Shown here: positions 1 to 11,534 of the stretch, piece after piece
Position numbering within the stretch: position 1 is the stretch's first letter
Layout: every line of letters begins with the position of its first letter
Source of the DNA: Polyangiales bacterium
GTDB lineage: Bacteria; Myxococcota_A; Polyangia; Polyangiales; Ga0077539
Assembly: GCA_044229975.1 (NCBI GenBank)
Contig: JBGARZ010000014.1
Location: 64,001-128,000 of the forward strand
Length of the DNA stretch: 64,000 nucleotides
Direction: 5' to 3'
Notes under the pieces: model-generated
Seen by the model: only the letters and a program-made list of their open reading frames with translations
Databases searched by the model: none
Told to the model about the DNA's origin: nothing
Made by a program: the position numbers and the translations under genes

Positions 1-21
1 CTTCCGTTAGGCTCCTGCGCC

Positions 22-1683
22 ATGTCGACCACGCTCCGTCCCATCCACGACGTCGCCAACGACCTGGGCCTCTCTGCGGGCGATGTGATCCCGTGGGGTC
101 GCCATCGCGCGAAGATCTCCCTCGACGCGCTCACCCGCCGCGAGGGCTCTCCGCAGGGTCGGCTGGTGCTGGTGTCGGCCATCAACCCGACGCCCGCGGG
201 CGAGGGGAAGACCACCACCTCCGTCGCCCTCGCCATGGGCATGAACAAGCGCGGTCGTCGCGCCGTTGCCGCGCTGCGTGAGCCGTCGCTCGGCCCGGTG
301 TTCGGCATGAAGGGCGGCGGCACGGGCGGCGGCCTCGCGACGCTCGAACCGTCGGCTGACATCAACCTGCACTTCACGGGCGACATCCACGCCATCACGT
401 CGGCGCACAACCTCCTCGCGGCCATCGCGGACAACGCGCTCCACTTCCGCGACCCCGTCGACCTCGACCCGCGCGGCATGCGCTGGCGCCGCGCCCTCGA
501 CATGAACGACCGCGCCCTCCGCTCGGTCATGGTCTCCATGGGCAAGAGCAACGGCCCCGTCCGCGAGACCTCCTTCGACATCACCGCGGCCAGCGAGGTC
601 ATGGCCATCCTCTGCCTCGCCACCTCGGTGAAGGACCTCGAAGCCCGCCTCGGCCGCATCGTCGTCGGCACCACCCCCGCGGGCAAGCCGGTGCGCGCGA
701 GCGACCTCGGCGCCTCGGCCGCCATGACCGCGCTGCTCCTCGACGCGATCATGCCCAACCTGGTGCAGACCCGCGAAGGCACACCCGCGGTGGTGCACGG
801 CGGTCCATTCGCCAACATCGCGCACGGGTGCAACTCCATCCTTGGCACGCGCATGGCGCTCGCCTACGGGCAGGACGTCATCACCGAGGCGGGCTTCGGC
901 TTCGATCTTGGGGCGGAGAAGTTCCTCGACATCAAGTGCCGCGTCGGGGGCCTCTGGCCGCACGGTGTGGTGCTGGTGGCGACGCACCGCGCGCTGAAGA
1001 TGCACGGCGGGGTGCCCGTGGCGAAGGCAGGCGAGGCCAACACGGCGGCGCTCTCCAAGGGCCTCGAACACCTCGAAAAGCACCTCGAAACGCTGCGCTT
1101 CTACGGGCTGCCCGCGGTGGTCGCCGTCAACGGCTTCCCCAACGACACACACGAGGAGCAGACGGTGCTCAAGGAGTTCGCGGCGAAGAACCACGTCGCT
1201 GTCGCCCGCCACGAGGGCTTCTCCAAGGGAGGCGAAGGCTCGCTGGAGCTGGCCGACGCGGTGAGCGACATGCTCGATCGTTCGGACGCCGTACGACCTG
1301 TCGCCCGGTACACCTACGAGCTGAGCGATTCGCCGCAGGAGAAGATCCGCAAGATCGCGCGCACCGTGTACGGCGCCGACGACGTGGTCTTCACGCCCGC
1401 CGCGGTGAAGGACCTCGACGCCGCCGTGGCGCTCGGCGGCGGAGAGCTGCCGGTGTGCATGGCCAAGACGCACCTGTCGCTCACCGACGACCCGACGAAG
1501 CCAGGGCGGCCGTCGGGCTTCACCATCACGGTGAAGGAGGCGCGGCTCAGCGCGGGAGCGGGCTTCGTCGTGGCGCTCACGGGCGAGATCATGACGATGC
1601 CGGGGCTGCCCAAGGTGCCCGCGGCGGCGCGCGTCGTGGTGCACGACGACGGCCGGGTCACCGGTCTCATGCAGGGCGAGTAG
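22..1683 (+). CDS. fhs: Formate--tetrahydrofolate ligase
   Basis: 553 aa; family motifs INPTPAGEGKTTT, LREPSLGP, KGGGTGGG, INLHFTGDIHAI, HGGPFANIAHGCNS, TEAGFG, MAKTHLS, IMTMPGLP. Confidence 0.97.
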   Translation: MSTTLRPIHDVANDLGLSAGDVIPWGRHRAKISLDALTRREGSPQGRLVLVSAINPTPAGEGKTTTSVALAMGMNKRGRRAVAALREPSLGPVFGMKGGGTGGGLATLEPSADINLHFTGDIHAITSAHNLLAAIADNALHFRDPVDLDPRGMRWRRALDMNDRALRSVMVSMGKSNGPVRETSFDITAASEVMAILCLATSVKDLEARLGRIVVGTTPAGKPVRASDLGASAAMTALLLDAIMPNLVQTREGTPAVVHGGPFANIAHGCNSILGTRMALAYGQDVITEAGFGFDLGAEKFLDIKCRVGGLWPHGVVLVATHRALKMHGGVPVAKAGEANTAALSKGLEHLEKHLETLRFYGLPAVVAVNGFPNDTHEEQTVLKEFAAKNHVAVARHEGFSKGGEGSLELADAVSDMLDRSDAVRPVARYTYELSDSPQEKIRKIARTVYGADDVVFTPAAVKDLDAAVALGGGELPVCMAKTHLSLTDDPTKPGRPSGFTITVKEARLSAGAGFVVALTGEIMTMPGLPKVPAAARVVVHDDGRVTGLMQGE

Positions 1684-3684
1684 TCAGCGCGCGGCGAGGG
1701 CGGCGTCGATGCGGCGCTGAAACTCCTCGAAGGGGAGGGCCCCCGCAAAGAAGCGGCCGTTGATGAAGAACGCGGGCGTCCCGATGGAGGCGCCCGTGGC
1801 GTCGGCCGCGGCCATGTCGGCGCGGATGCCCCGCTGGTGGGTGTGCTGGTCGAGCGCCGAGCGGAAGCGCGCGAGGTCGAGCTGCACGTCGGCGGCGTAG
1901 CGTTCGAGGTCGACGCGATCGAGGTGCTGCTGGTTCTCGAAGAGCAGGGTGTTGAAGCGCCAGAAGCCCTCGTTGCCGCGCTGGGCATACGCCTCACGAG
2001 CGGCCTCGGCGGCGAGCATGGCGTGGTCATGGAAGGGCAGCGGGTAGTCGCGCCACACGAAGCGGATGCGGCTGCCGTAGGTCTCGCGCAGGCGTTGGAG
2101 GGTGGGGCCCACGCGCGAGCAGAAGGGGCACTGGAAGTCCGAGAAGTGCTCGACGACGACCCGCGCGTTGGCGGGCCCCCACGACGGCGCGTTGGGCGCG
2201 GCGGCCAGGACGTAGACGTGGTTCTCGTCCTCCTGTGGCGCGGGTGCGGCGGCGGCGGGGGCAGCGGCACGGCGGCGGATGACCGTGGCGGCCTCGCCCA
2301 TCATGCGCGCGTAGAGGTTGGCGCGCGTGGTGCCCGGGTGCGTTCGCATGAAGTTCTGGGCGTTGGTGCGCGCCTCGTCGACGAGCCGCACGAAGGTCTC
2401 CACGGGCTGGGCGCCCACGAGCCGTCGGCCGTTGATGAAGAAGTGCGGCGTGCCGTTGGCTTCGAGCTGCTGCGCGAGCGCGTGGTCGGCGCGGATGGTC
2501 GCGAGGTGCGTGTGACGGTCGAGCGCCGCGCGGAAGCGGGGGAGGTTGAGCTGCATCCGCTCGGCGTAGCGTTCGAGGTCGGCGCGTTCGAGGTGCTGCT
2601 GGTTCTCGAAGAGCAGGTCGTGCATCTGCCAGAAGCCCGTGGGGCCGAGCTGGGCCTTCGCTTCGAGCGCCGCCTCGGCGGCGAGCTGGGCGTGGTCGTG
2701 GAAGGGCAAGGGCTCGTTGCGCCAGACGACGCGGAGGTCGTTGCCGTAGCGGCGGCGCAGGTCGGCGAGGGTGCTCTCCACGCGCGAGCAGAACGGGCAC
2801 TGGAAGTCCGAGAAGACCACCACGGTGACCAGGGCCGAGGCGGGCCCGCGGCTGGCGCCCGTCCCGACGGGCACGCGCAGCACCTGGGTGGGATCGGGCT
2901 CCTCCCGGCTCGGGCTCGGACTCGGCCGCGGCGGGTCGGGGTTGGCCACCGGGGAGGTGACCATGAGCGCGTACGCCTGGCTGCGCGGCGTGATGGTGCG
3001 GGCGCGGGCGAGCACCTGGCGCACGACGCCGTCGAAGCGCTCCATCGGCTGCGCGCCCACCAGCTCGGTGCCGTTGATGAAGAACGTCGGCGTCCCGTTG
3101 GCGCCGAGGGTCCGCGCGAGGGCCTCGTCGCGGGCGATGGCCGCCTCGTGGGTGTGCTGGTCGAGCGCCGCGGCGAAGCGACCCTCGTCGAGCCCCATCT
3201 GGCGCGCGAGCCCATCGAGGGTGGCGCGCGTGAGCTCGTGCTGGTTGTCGAAGAGCAGGTCGTGCATCTGCCAGAAGCCAGCGTCGCCTCGCTGGGCGAA
3301 GGCCTCGCGCGCCGCCTCGGCCGCGGGCCGCGCGTTGGTGTGAAACGGGAGCGGATGGTCCTTCCACACCACCCGGAGGTCGTTGCCGTACTGCTCACGG
3401 AGCTGCCGCAGCGTGGGCTCCACGCGCGAGCAGAACGGGCACTGGAAGTCGCTGAAGACCACCACCGTGACGAGCGCATCGGCGGGCCCGAGCGAGGGCG
3501 AACCCGCCACCGGGATGCGCGCGGCGTCGCTCATCGGGCCGCGGTTCTGCCCCTCACGGTGCACCACCCGCGCTGGTTCGGGACTGAGCTCGGTCCGCGA
3601 CGCGGGCCGCTGCCCCGCGACCACCAACGACGCCATCGCCGCGCCGACGAGCGGCAGCGCCCAGAGCCTCCGCGAGAGCCTCAT
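1684..3684 (-). CDS. Exported DsbA/thioredoxin-family protein with three tandem thioredoxin domains
   Basis: N-terminal signal/TM segment; three copies of FSDFQCPFC...PLPFH...GTPxFFING; ATGA overlap with the rny stop. Confidence 0.9.
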   Translation of the reverse strand: MRLSRRLWALPLVGAAMASLVVAGQRPASRTELSPEPARVVHREGQNRGPMSDAARIPVAGSPSLGPADALVTVVVFSDFQCPFCSRVEPTLRQLREQYGNDLRVVWKDHPLPFHTNARPAAEAAREAFAQRGDAGFWQMHDLLFDNQHELTRATLDGLARQMGLDEGRFAAALDQHTHEAAIARDEALARTLGANGTPTFFINGTELVGAQPMERFDGVVRQVLARARTITPRSQAYALMVTSPVANPDPPRPSPSPSREEPDPTQVLRVPVGTGASRGPASALVTVVVFSDFQCPFCSRVESTLADLRRRYGNDLRVVWRNEPLPFHDHAQLAAEAALEAKAQLGPTGFWQMHDLLFENQQHLERADLERYAERMQLNLPRFRAALDRHTHLATIRADHALAQQLEANGTPHFFINGRRLVGAQPVETFVRLVDEARTNAQNFMRTHPGTTRANLYARMMGEAATVIRRRAAAPAAAAPAPQEDENHVYVLAAAPNAPSWGPANARVVVEHFSDFQCPFCSRVGPTLQRLRETYGSRIRFVWRDYPLPFHDHAMLAAEAAREAYAQRGNEGFWRFNTLLFENQQHLDRVDLERYAADVQLDLARFRSALDQHTHQRGIRADMAAADATGASIGTPAFFINGRFFAGALPFEEFQRRIDAALAAR

Positions 3685-5435
3685 CGCGCGTAGTCCACCG
3701 CGCGTGTCTCACGCACCACGGTCACCTTCACCTGGCCGGGGTAGGCCAGCTCGCTCTCGATCTTGCGCGCGATGTCCCGCGACAGCGCCAGCGCCCCCGC
3801 GTCGTCGACCTCGCCCGGCTCGACCAGCACCCGCACCTCGCGCCCCGCCTGAATCGCAAACGACCGCTCCACGCCCTTGAACGCCGTGCAGATCCGCTCC
3901 AGGTCTTCGAGCCGCCGCATGTAGCCTTCCAGCATCTCGCGCCGCGCCCCGGGTCGCGCCCCGCTGATGGCATCCGCCGCCGCCGTGAGGTGCGCCAGCA
4001 CATGCCGCGCGGGCTCGTCGTCGTGGTGCGCCGCGATGGCGTTGACCACCGCGTCGTCCTCGCCGGCCTTGCGCGCCATCTGGGCGCCGATGACGGCGTG
4101 GCCGCCCTCGACCTCGTGGGTCACCGCCTTGCCGATGTCGTGCAGGAGCCCCGCGCGCTTGGCCAGCTTGGGGTTGACGCCCATCTCCTGCGCGAGCAGC
4201 CCGCACATGTGCGCGACCTCCACCGAGTGCCGCAGGATGTTCTGCGCGTACGAGTAGCGGTACCGCAGCTGCCCCACGATGCGCGTGAGGTCGGGGTGCA
4301 GCCGCCCGATGCCGAGCTCCATGGCGGCCGCGTCGCCCGACTCCTTGATGGTGCGCTCGACCTCCTCCTTCGACTTGAGGAAGAACTCCTCGATCTTCGA
4401 CGGGTGGATGCGCCCGTCCTGGATGAGCCGCTCCAACGTGAGCCGCGCCATCTCGCGCCGCACCGGATCGAAGCTGCTCACGATGATGGTCTCGGGCGTA
4501 TCGTCGATCACCAGGTCGCAGCCGGTGACCTCCTGAAACGTGCGGATGTTGCGGCCCTCGCGGCCGATGATGCGGCCCTTGAGCTCGTCGCTCGGCAGGT
4601 GCACCGACGTCACCGCCCGCTCGCCCGCGTACTCGCCCGCGTAGCGCTGCACCGCGATGCCGATGAGCCGCTTGGCCCGCTTCTCGGCCTCCTCCTTGGC
4701 GATGTCCTCGATCTGCTTGGCCTCGCGCGCGCCCGTCCGCCGCGCGTCGTCCAAGATCTCGTCGATCACCCGGCTGCGCGCCTCCTCGCCGGTGAGCCCC
4801 GCCACGCGCTCCAGCGTCTCGCGCTCGGTCGTCTTCACCGCCTCCAGCGCCGTCGACCGCTCAGCCACCAGCCGCTCGGCCACCGCCTCCCGCTGCGCCG
4901 CGGCCCGCTCCCGCTCGGTCACCGCGCGGTCGCGACCCGACAGCTCCGTCTCGCGCAGCGACAACCGCTGATCCTTCTGGGTGACGGCGTTTTCCAGCAG
5001 GGCCATGCGCTCGTCGCGCGCCTTCAGGTCGCGCGTCAGCGACTCCGCCTGCGACCGCGCGTCGTCGATGATCCGCTGCGCCCGGTCCTTCGCGTCGCGC
5101 TCGACCTGCGCGCGAACCTGCTCCTTCGCGCGCGTCGTCGCCTCTTCCAGCGTCACGGCCGCCGCCCGGCGGTGAACCTCCGCCTGGTCCATCGCCGCCC
5201 GGGTCTCACCGCGCGCGGCCTCGACGACCTCCTGCAACAGCGCCACCTGCGCTTCCAGCGCCTGGAGCTTCGCGCGCGCCTCGACGAGCGATCGTTCGTG
5301 CTCCGTACCATCGGCGCGGGCCGCTTCGAGCTCGCGGCGCACGGCCTCGACCTCGGACTCGGCGCTCTTCGACCGGAGCGACCACGAAGCGGCGGCACCG
5401 GCGGCGGCGCCGGCGAGGAAGGAGATCGGTGTCAT
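3681..5435 (-). CDS. rny: Ribonuclease Y
   Basis: N-terminal anchor, long coiled coil, KH motif KGRIIGREGRNIR, HD motif LLHDIGK, ADAISGARPGAR, AIQAGREVRV, YPGQVKVTVVRE. Confidence 0.96.
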   Translation of the reverse strand: MTPISFLAGAAAGAAASWSLRSKSAESEVEAVRRELEAARADGTEHERSLVEARAKLQALEAQVALLQEVVEAARGETRAAMDQAEVHRRAAAVTLEEATTRAKEQVRAQVERDAKDRAQRIIDDARSQAESLTRDLKARDERMALLENAVTQKDQRLSLRETELSGRDRAVTERERAAAQREAVAERLVAERSTALEAVKTTERETLERVAGLTGEEARSRVIDEILDDARRTGAREAKQIEDIAKEEAEKRAKRLIGIAVQRYAGEYAGERAVTSVHLPSDELKGRIIGREGRNIRTFQEVTGCDLVIDDTPETIIVSSFDPVRREMARLTLERLIQDGRIHPSKIEEFFLKSKEEVERTIKESGDAAAMELGIGRLHPDLTRIVGQLRYRYSYAQNILRHSVEVAHMCGLLAQEMGVNPKLAKRAGLLHDIGKAVTHEVEGGHAVIGAQMARKAGEDDAVVNAIAAHHDDEPARHVLAHLTAAADAISGARPGARREMLEGYMRRLEDLERICTAFKGVERSFAIQAGREVRVLVEPGEVDDAGALALSRDIARKIESELAYPGQVKVTVVRETRAVDYAR

Positions 5436-5445
5436 GGGTTGAGCC

Positions 5446-6072
5446 TCACGGAGCGTCTTCGACGCGATAGGTTTGTTCGTCGGTCACGACGTAGTGCACG
5501 CGCTGGTCGTGCGGCTCGTCGGGCACTTCTGCGATCATCTGAAACGCAAACACCGTCGCCACGCGCGTCGCCTTCGGCAGCAGCGCGAGGGTGTTGTCAT
5601 AGAGCGCCCGGCCGAAGCCCAGGCGGTGCCCCCGCGGGTCCATGGCCAGCGCCGGGACGATGACCACGTCGATGCGGTCGAGGTCGGCCGCGGGCGCCTC
5701 GGGCGTGGGCTCGTCGATGCCGTAGTCGGACATCGCCGTGGGGAAGCGCTGCCCGTCCCGCGCCAGCCACCGGAACGTCAGCACACGACCCTCCTCGACG
5801 ACCGGGAGCGCCACGTCGAGGCCGCGGCCGAGGGCGTCTTGCAGCAACGCCGTGGTGTCGAACTCGTCGCCCATCGAGGCGTAGAGCGCGACGGCCCGCG
5901 CGTCCCGCCACTCAGGGAGGCTGAGCACCCGGGCCGACACGGCCTCCGAGCGCACCCGGCGGGCTTCGGGGGGCAGCGACGACCGGAGCTGGCGCATGCG
6001 CTTGCGGAGCAGGGCCTTGGCGCGCGGGCGCAGCAGGCGGAGGGCTTCGTCGGACCAGGGGAGTTCGGCCAT
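5446..6072 (-). CDS. ygfA: 5-formyltetrahydrofolate cyclo-ligase
   Basis: [12 protein letters not shown] start, [40 protein letters not shown]; start re-chosen at ATG 6072; upstream of rny as is common. Confidence 0.9.
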   Translation of the reverse strand: MAELPWSDEALRLLRPRAKALLRKRMRQLRSSLPPEARRVRSEAVSARVLSLPEWRDARAVALYASMGDEFDTTALLQDALGRGLDVALPVVEEGRVLTFRWLARDGQRFPTAMSDYGIDEPTPEAPAADLDRIDVVIVPALAMDPRGHRLGFGRALYDNTLALLPKATRVATVFAFQMIAEVPDEPHDQRVHYVVTDEQTYRVEDAP

Positions 6073-6220
6073 GGCAGCGTCGCAGGACCCGCGGAGGCAT
6101 ACCACGGTCGTCGCACGTCTTGCCCGGAGGGCGTGGGTTGCACTACACGGTGCGGCGTACGTTGGCGCCCCGTCGATCGACGGCGGCGGCGCGGCACCGG
6201 TGAGAGTCCAAGGAGCGACC

Positions 6221-7627
6221 ATGCGAAGCGAATGGGTGGCCCGGCGGTCGAATGATCGCGTGAAGACGCAGATGCTGTACGCCCGGCAGGGCCTGGTGAC
6301 CGAGGAGATCGCCTACGTGGCGAACCGGGAGAGCGTCTCTCCCGAGCTGGTTCGTGACGAGGTGGCGCGGGGGCGGCTGGTGATTCCGGCCAACGTGGCC
6401 CACACCAACCTGGAGCCCATGGGCATCGGCATCGCGCTGGCCTGCAAGGTCAACGCGAACATCGGCAACAGCGCCGTCACGAGCAAGGTCGAGGAGGAGA
6501 TCGCCAAGCTCAACGTGTCGCTGAAGTACGGCGCCGACACGGTGATGGACCTCTCCACCGGCGGCAACATCGACGGCATCCGCGCGGAGATCATCAAGGC
6601 GTCGCCGGTGCCCATCGGCACCGTGCCGATCTACCAGATCGTGCAGAACGTGAAGTCCATCTCGAAGATGACCGTGGACGACCTCCTCGGCATGATCGAG
6701 CACCAGGCCCAGCAGGGCGTCGATTACATGACGCTCCACGCGGGCGTGCTGCGGCACCTGCTGCCGACGGTGCAGCACCGCATCACCGGCATCGTGTCGC
6801 GCGGCGGCTCGCTCATGGCCCAGTGGATGATCGAAAACGACGCCGAGAACCCGCTGTACACGCACTGGGACGCGGTGCTCGACATCTGCGCCCGCTACGA
6901 CGTGACCATCTCCGCGGGCGACGGGCTGCGCCCCGGCTGCCTCGCCGACGCCTCCGACGACGCCCAGTTCGGCGAGCTCAAGGTGCTCGGCGAGCTCACC
7001 AAGAGGGCGTGGGAGAAGAACGTCCAGGTGATGATCGAGGGTCCCGGCCACGTGCCCTTCGACCAGATCGCCATGAACGTCGAGAAGCAGCGCGAGATCT
7101 GCTTCGAGGCGCCGTTCTATGTGCTCGGCCCGCTGGTGACGGACATCGCGCCTGGCTACGACCACATCACCAGCGCCATCGGCGCCACCATGGCGGGCTA
7201 CGCGGGCGCCTCGATGCTCTGCTACGTCACGCCGAAGGAGCACCTCGGCCTGCCCAACGCCGAGGACGTTCGCAATGGTCTGGTCGCGTACAAGATCGCC
7301 GCCCACGCCGCCGACGTCGCCCGCCACCGCCCCGGCGCGCGCGACCGCGACGACGCCCTCTCGCGCGCCCGCTACGCCTTCGACTGGAACGAACAGTTTC
7401 GCCTCTCGCTCGACCCCGAGCGGGCGCGCGAGTACCACGACGAGACGCTCCCCGACGCGTACTTCAAGAGCGCGGAGTTCTGCGCGATGTGCGGGCCGAA
7501 GTTCTGCTCGATGAAGATCAACCGCGTGGTCGAGGACTACAACAAGAGCCAGGTGCAGAAGTCGCGGCTCCCGATGGCGCCGACGACGGCCCAGGTCCGC
7601 GCCGCCGGCGACGCCCCGGTCGGTTGA
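6221..7627 (+). CDS. thiC: Phosphomethylpyrimidine synthase ThiC
   Basis: [59 protein letters not shown], Fe-S motif [18 protein letters not shown] before ATG 6221. Confidence 0.97.
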   Translation: MRSEWVARRSNDRVKTQMLYARQGLVTEEIAYVANRESVSPELVRDEVARGRLVIPANVAHTNLEPMGIGIALACKVNANIGNSAVTSKVEEEIAKLNVSLKYGADTVMDLSTGGNIDGIRAEIIKASPVPIGTVPIYQIVQNVKSISKMTVDDLLGMIEHQAQQGVDYMTLHAGVLRHLLPTVQHRITGIVSRGGSLMAQWMIENDAENPLYTHWDAVLDICARYDVTISAGDGLRPGCLADASDDAQFGELKVLGELTKRAWEKNVQVMIEGPGHVPFDQIAMNVEKQREICFEAPFYVLGPLVTDIAPGYDHITSAIGATMAGYAGASMLCYVTPKEHLGLPNAEDVRNGLVAYKIAAHAADVARHRPGARDRDDALSRARYAFDWNEQFRLSLDPERAREYHDETLPDAYFKSAEFCAMCGPKFCSMKINRVVEDYNKSQVQKSRLPMAPTTAQVRAAGDAPVG

Positions 7628-8037
7628 TGATCGTCCGGGGCCGTACCATCGCCCTCGCGCTCCCGCTGCTGCTCGCCACGGCGTGCGGTCGGCCGGGCCT
7701 GCGCGAGTGGCGCCCCGAAGACCACGACAGCGGCGTCACCAGCAACAGCGCCGTGTCAGCCGCGCCCGTCAACGACGACCCCCACGCCAGCGCTCGCGCC
7801 CTCTTCGCCGCCCAGTGTGCCTCGTGCCACGGCAGCGCGGGGCGCGGCGACGGCCCCATGGCGGCGGTGTTTCGCCCGGCCGACCTCACCTCGTCGGCGC
7901 TCCAATCGGGCCACACCGACGCCGAGCTCGCGTCCGCCATCACCAGCGGCCGCGGTCGCATGCCCGCCTTCGGCCAGACCCTCCGGCCCGAAGCGGTCAC
8001 CGCGCTCGTTCAGCTCATCCGCTCCTGGCGGCGCTGA
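7627..8037 (+). CDS. Monoheme c-type cytochrome lipoprotein
   Basis: TGATG overlap with thiC; lipobox LLATAC; heme motif CASCH; distal GRMPAF Met-ligand motif. Confidence 0.85.
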   Translation: MIVRGRTIALALPLLLATACGRPGLREWRPEDHDSGVTSNSAVSAAPVNDDPHASARALFAAQCASCHGSAGRGDGPMAAVFRPADLTSSALQSGHTDAELASAITSGRGRMPAFGQTLRPEAVTALVQLIRSWRR

Positions 8038-8061
8038 CCTACTCCCCCACGACTTCCGCGG

Positions 8062-8367
8062 TCACTCGACGATAGGAACGCCCTTCGCGGCGCTCTCGTT
8101 GACCATCTCCTTCAGGTCCTTGCCGACCTTGAAGAAGGGCAGCTTCTTGGCCGACACCTTCACCGGGCGTCGCGTGCGCGGGTTGCGACCGAGGTACGGC
8201 TCGTACTCGCGGATGGAGAAGCTCCCGAACCCGCGGATCTCGATGCCCTCGTCCTGCGCCAGCGCGCTGGCCATGGACTCGAAGACCGCGTTGACCACGA
8301 GCTCGGCGCGCGTCTTCGAGATGCCCTGGCGCGCCGCAATGACCTCGATGAGCTCCGACTTCGTCAT
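8062..8367 (-). CDS. ihfB: Integration host factor beta / HU family DNA-binding protein
   Basis: MTKSELI, IEIRGFGSF, GRNPRT, PFFKVGKDLKE. Confidence 0.9.
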   Translation of the reverse strand: MTKSELIEVIAARQGISKTRAELVVNAVFESMASALAQDEGIEIRGFGSFSIREYEPYLGRNPRTRRPVKVSAKKLPFFKVGKDLKEMVNESAAKGVPIVE

Positions 8368-8445
8368 GTGCCCTCACTACCCATCGTCGCTGGAGTTCCC
8401 GCCGGTTCGCTCCGCCAGCGACCGCGCGATACTACTGTCCGACCC

Positions 8446-9570
8446 ATGACTGTCAAACACACCCGCGGGCTTCTCCTCCTCGCGTTGGCGCTCGTCGCCT
8501 GTCGTCCTCGCCCCGCCGTCGCTCCCGCTGACGCGGCTGTCAGTCCGAGGGTCGTGCCCTTCACCCGCGCGGCGTATCCAGCCGTCGACGTGCACACGCA
8601 CTTCGACCCCGAGGCCACCGCGCGCGAGCTCGCGCTCATGGACGCGCAGAACATCCGCTACGCCATCAACCTCTCCGCGGGCTGGCAGGGCCACGGGCTC
8701 ACCGAGGCGCTCGCCCAGGAGCGCGAGTCCCACGGTCGCATCATCCCCTTCTGCATGATCGACTGGCGCGGCGTCGGCCGCCCGGACTGGGTCGCGTCGT
8801 CCATCGCCATCCTCGAGCAGTGCGCCGCGGCGGGCGTGCGCGGGTGGAAGATCCCGAAGGTGCTCGGCCTCGGCGCGGGCAACGCGCGCGGCGAGCGACT
8901 GCGCGTCGACGACCCGCTGCTCGACCCGATCTTCGAGCGGGCGGCCGCGCTGCACCTCGTGGTGCTCATCCACTCCGGGGACCCGCGCGCCTTCTTCGAG
9001 CCCATGAGCCCCGCCAACGAGCGCTGGGACGAGCTGCGCGTGCACCCCTCGTGGAGCTTCGCCGACCCGCGCTACCCGCGGTGGACGGAGATCCTCGGGG
9101 AGTTCGAGACGCGCGTGCTGCGCCACCCGACGCTGCGCTTCATCGGCGCGCACTTCGGCAACGCGGCCGAAGACCCCGACCGCGTGGAGTCGCTGTTGGT
9201 ACGCGCGCCCAACTACTACATCGACACGTCCGCGCGTGTGCCGGAGTTCGGGCGGCACGACCCGGCGCGCATGCGAGCGTTCTTCCTGCGCTGGCAAGAT
9301 CGGGTGCTCTTCGGAACCGACCTCGGCATGGGCACCGACCCCAATGACCTCATGCTCGGCTCCACCGGCGAGAACCCCCCCACACCCGAAGAAATCACCC
9401 GCTTCTGGCGCTCGACCTGGCGCTACTTCGAGTCCAACGACCGCAACTTCGAGCACCCGACGCCCATCCAGGGGCGGTGGACCATCTCGGGCGTGGGGCT
9501 ACCGTCCGCGGTGCTCCGCAAGATCTACGGCGGCAACGCGGCGCGCCTGCTGGGACTGCCCTGGAGCTGA
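8446..9570 (+). CDS. Amidohydrolase-family (TIM barrel) lipoprotein
   Basis: Lipobox LALVAC; metal motifs DVHTH, LIHSGD, GAHFG, YYIDTS, LFGTD, KIYGGNAARLL; start re-chosen at 8446. Confidence 0.82.
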   Translation: MTVKHTRGLLLLALALVACRPRPAVAPADAAVSPRVVPFTRAAYPAVDVHTHFDPEATARELALMDAQNIRYAINLSAGWQGHGLTEALAQERESHGRIIPFCMIDWRGVGRPDWVASSIAILEQCAAAGVRGWKIPKVLGLGAGNARGERLRVDDPLLDPIFERAAALHLVVLIHSGDPRAFFEPMSPANERWDELRVHPSWSFADPRYPRWTEILGEFETRVLRHPTLRFIGAHFGNAAEDPDRVESLLVRAPNYYIDTSARVPEFGRHDPARMRAFFLRWQDRVLFGTDLGMGTDPNDLMLGSTGENPPTPEEITRFWRSTWRYFESNDRNFEHPTPIQGRWTISGVGLPSAVLRKIYGGNAARLLGLPWS

Positions 9571-9574
9571 CGGG

Positions 9575-10903
<1,329 letters not shown>

Positions 10904-11524
10904 TCAGACGTCGGGGTCGCCCGCGTCGTCGCCCGCGTCCTTGGTCCCGGTGTCTTCGGGTCCCGTGTCTTCGGGTCCCGTGTCTTCGGGTCCCGTGTCC
11001 GCCGGTCCGGTGTCGGGGAAGCCTGCGTCGGGTGTGCCCACATCCGGGAAGCCAACGTCCGGCGTGCCCACGTCGGGGAAGCCTGCGTCAGGCGTTCCCA
11101 CATCCGGGAAGCCGACGTCCGGCGTGCCCACGTCGGGGAAGCCCGCGTCGGGATGCCCGGTGTCGGGTGTGCCCGTGTCCATCGTCCCCGTGTCGGGCGC
11201 ACCCGCGTCGACCACGTCCATGCCCACCACGTCGGGTGCGCCCGCGTCGACCACGTCCGGCGCGCCCGCGTCGACGACGTCCATGCCCACCACATCCGGT
11301 GCGCCCGTATCCGGCGTGCCCGTGTCGACCGAGCCCGCGTCGGGGCGATCGCTGCCGACATCCGCCGGGACGTCCGTGCCCGTGTCGTCGGGCACATCGA
11401 TGACCGCCGCGTCGGTGCCGCCGTCGAGTCGGGTCTCGTCGAAGCTCGCGATGAGCTGGCAGCCCGCCGCAAACACCACCCCGGCCAGGCCCACTACCAG
11501 TGAGAATCGTCGTCGCAGGTCCAC
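10904..11524 (-). CDS. Asp/Gly/Pro/Thr-rich low-complexity repeat lipoprotein
   Basis: Lipobox FAAGC; mature part almost entirely 5-10 aa repeats (GTPDAGFPDV, DTGPE, DAGAPDVV); GTG start just after the PEGA gene. Confidence 0.7.
   Translation of the reverse strand: MDLRRRFSLVVGLAGVVFAAGCQLIASFDETRLDGGTDAAVIDVPDDTGTDVPADVGSDRPDAGSVDTGTPDTGAPDVVGMDVVDAGAPDVVDAGAPDVVGMDVVDAGAPDTGTMDTGTPDTGHPDAGFPDVGTPDVGFPDVGTPDAGFPDVGTPDVGFPDVGTPDAGFPDTGPADTGPEDTGPEDTGPEDTGTKDAGDDAGDPDV
10940..11340. repeat. Coding tandem repeats (15-nt and 30/60-nt units)
   Basis: TCCCGTGTCTTCGGG-type units near 10945-11000; repeated CCCAC(A/G)TC(C/G)GGGAAGCC units near 11030-11145. Confidence 0.85.
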
Positions 11525-11534
11525 AGCGCCTCCG

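Noticed and set aside
6073..6220. 6S RNA expected upstream of ygfA-rny
   Set aside because: The gap is short, must hold two divergent promoters, and shows no long rod-like pairing by eye.
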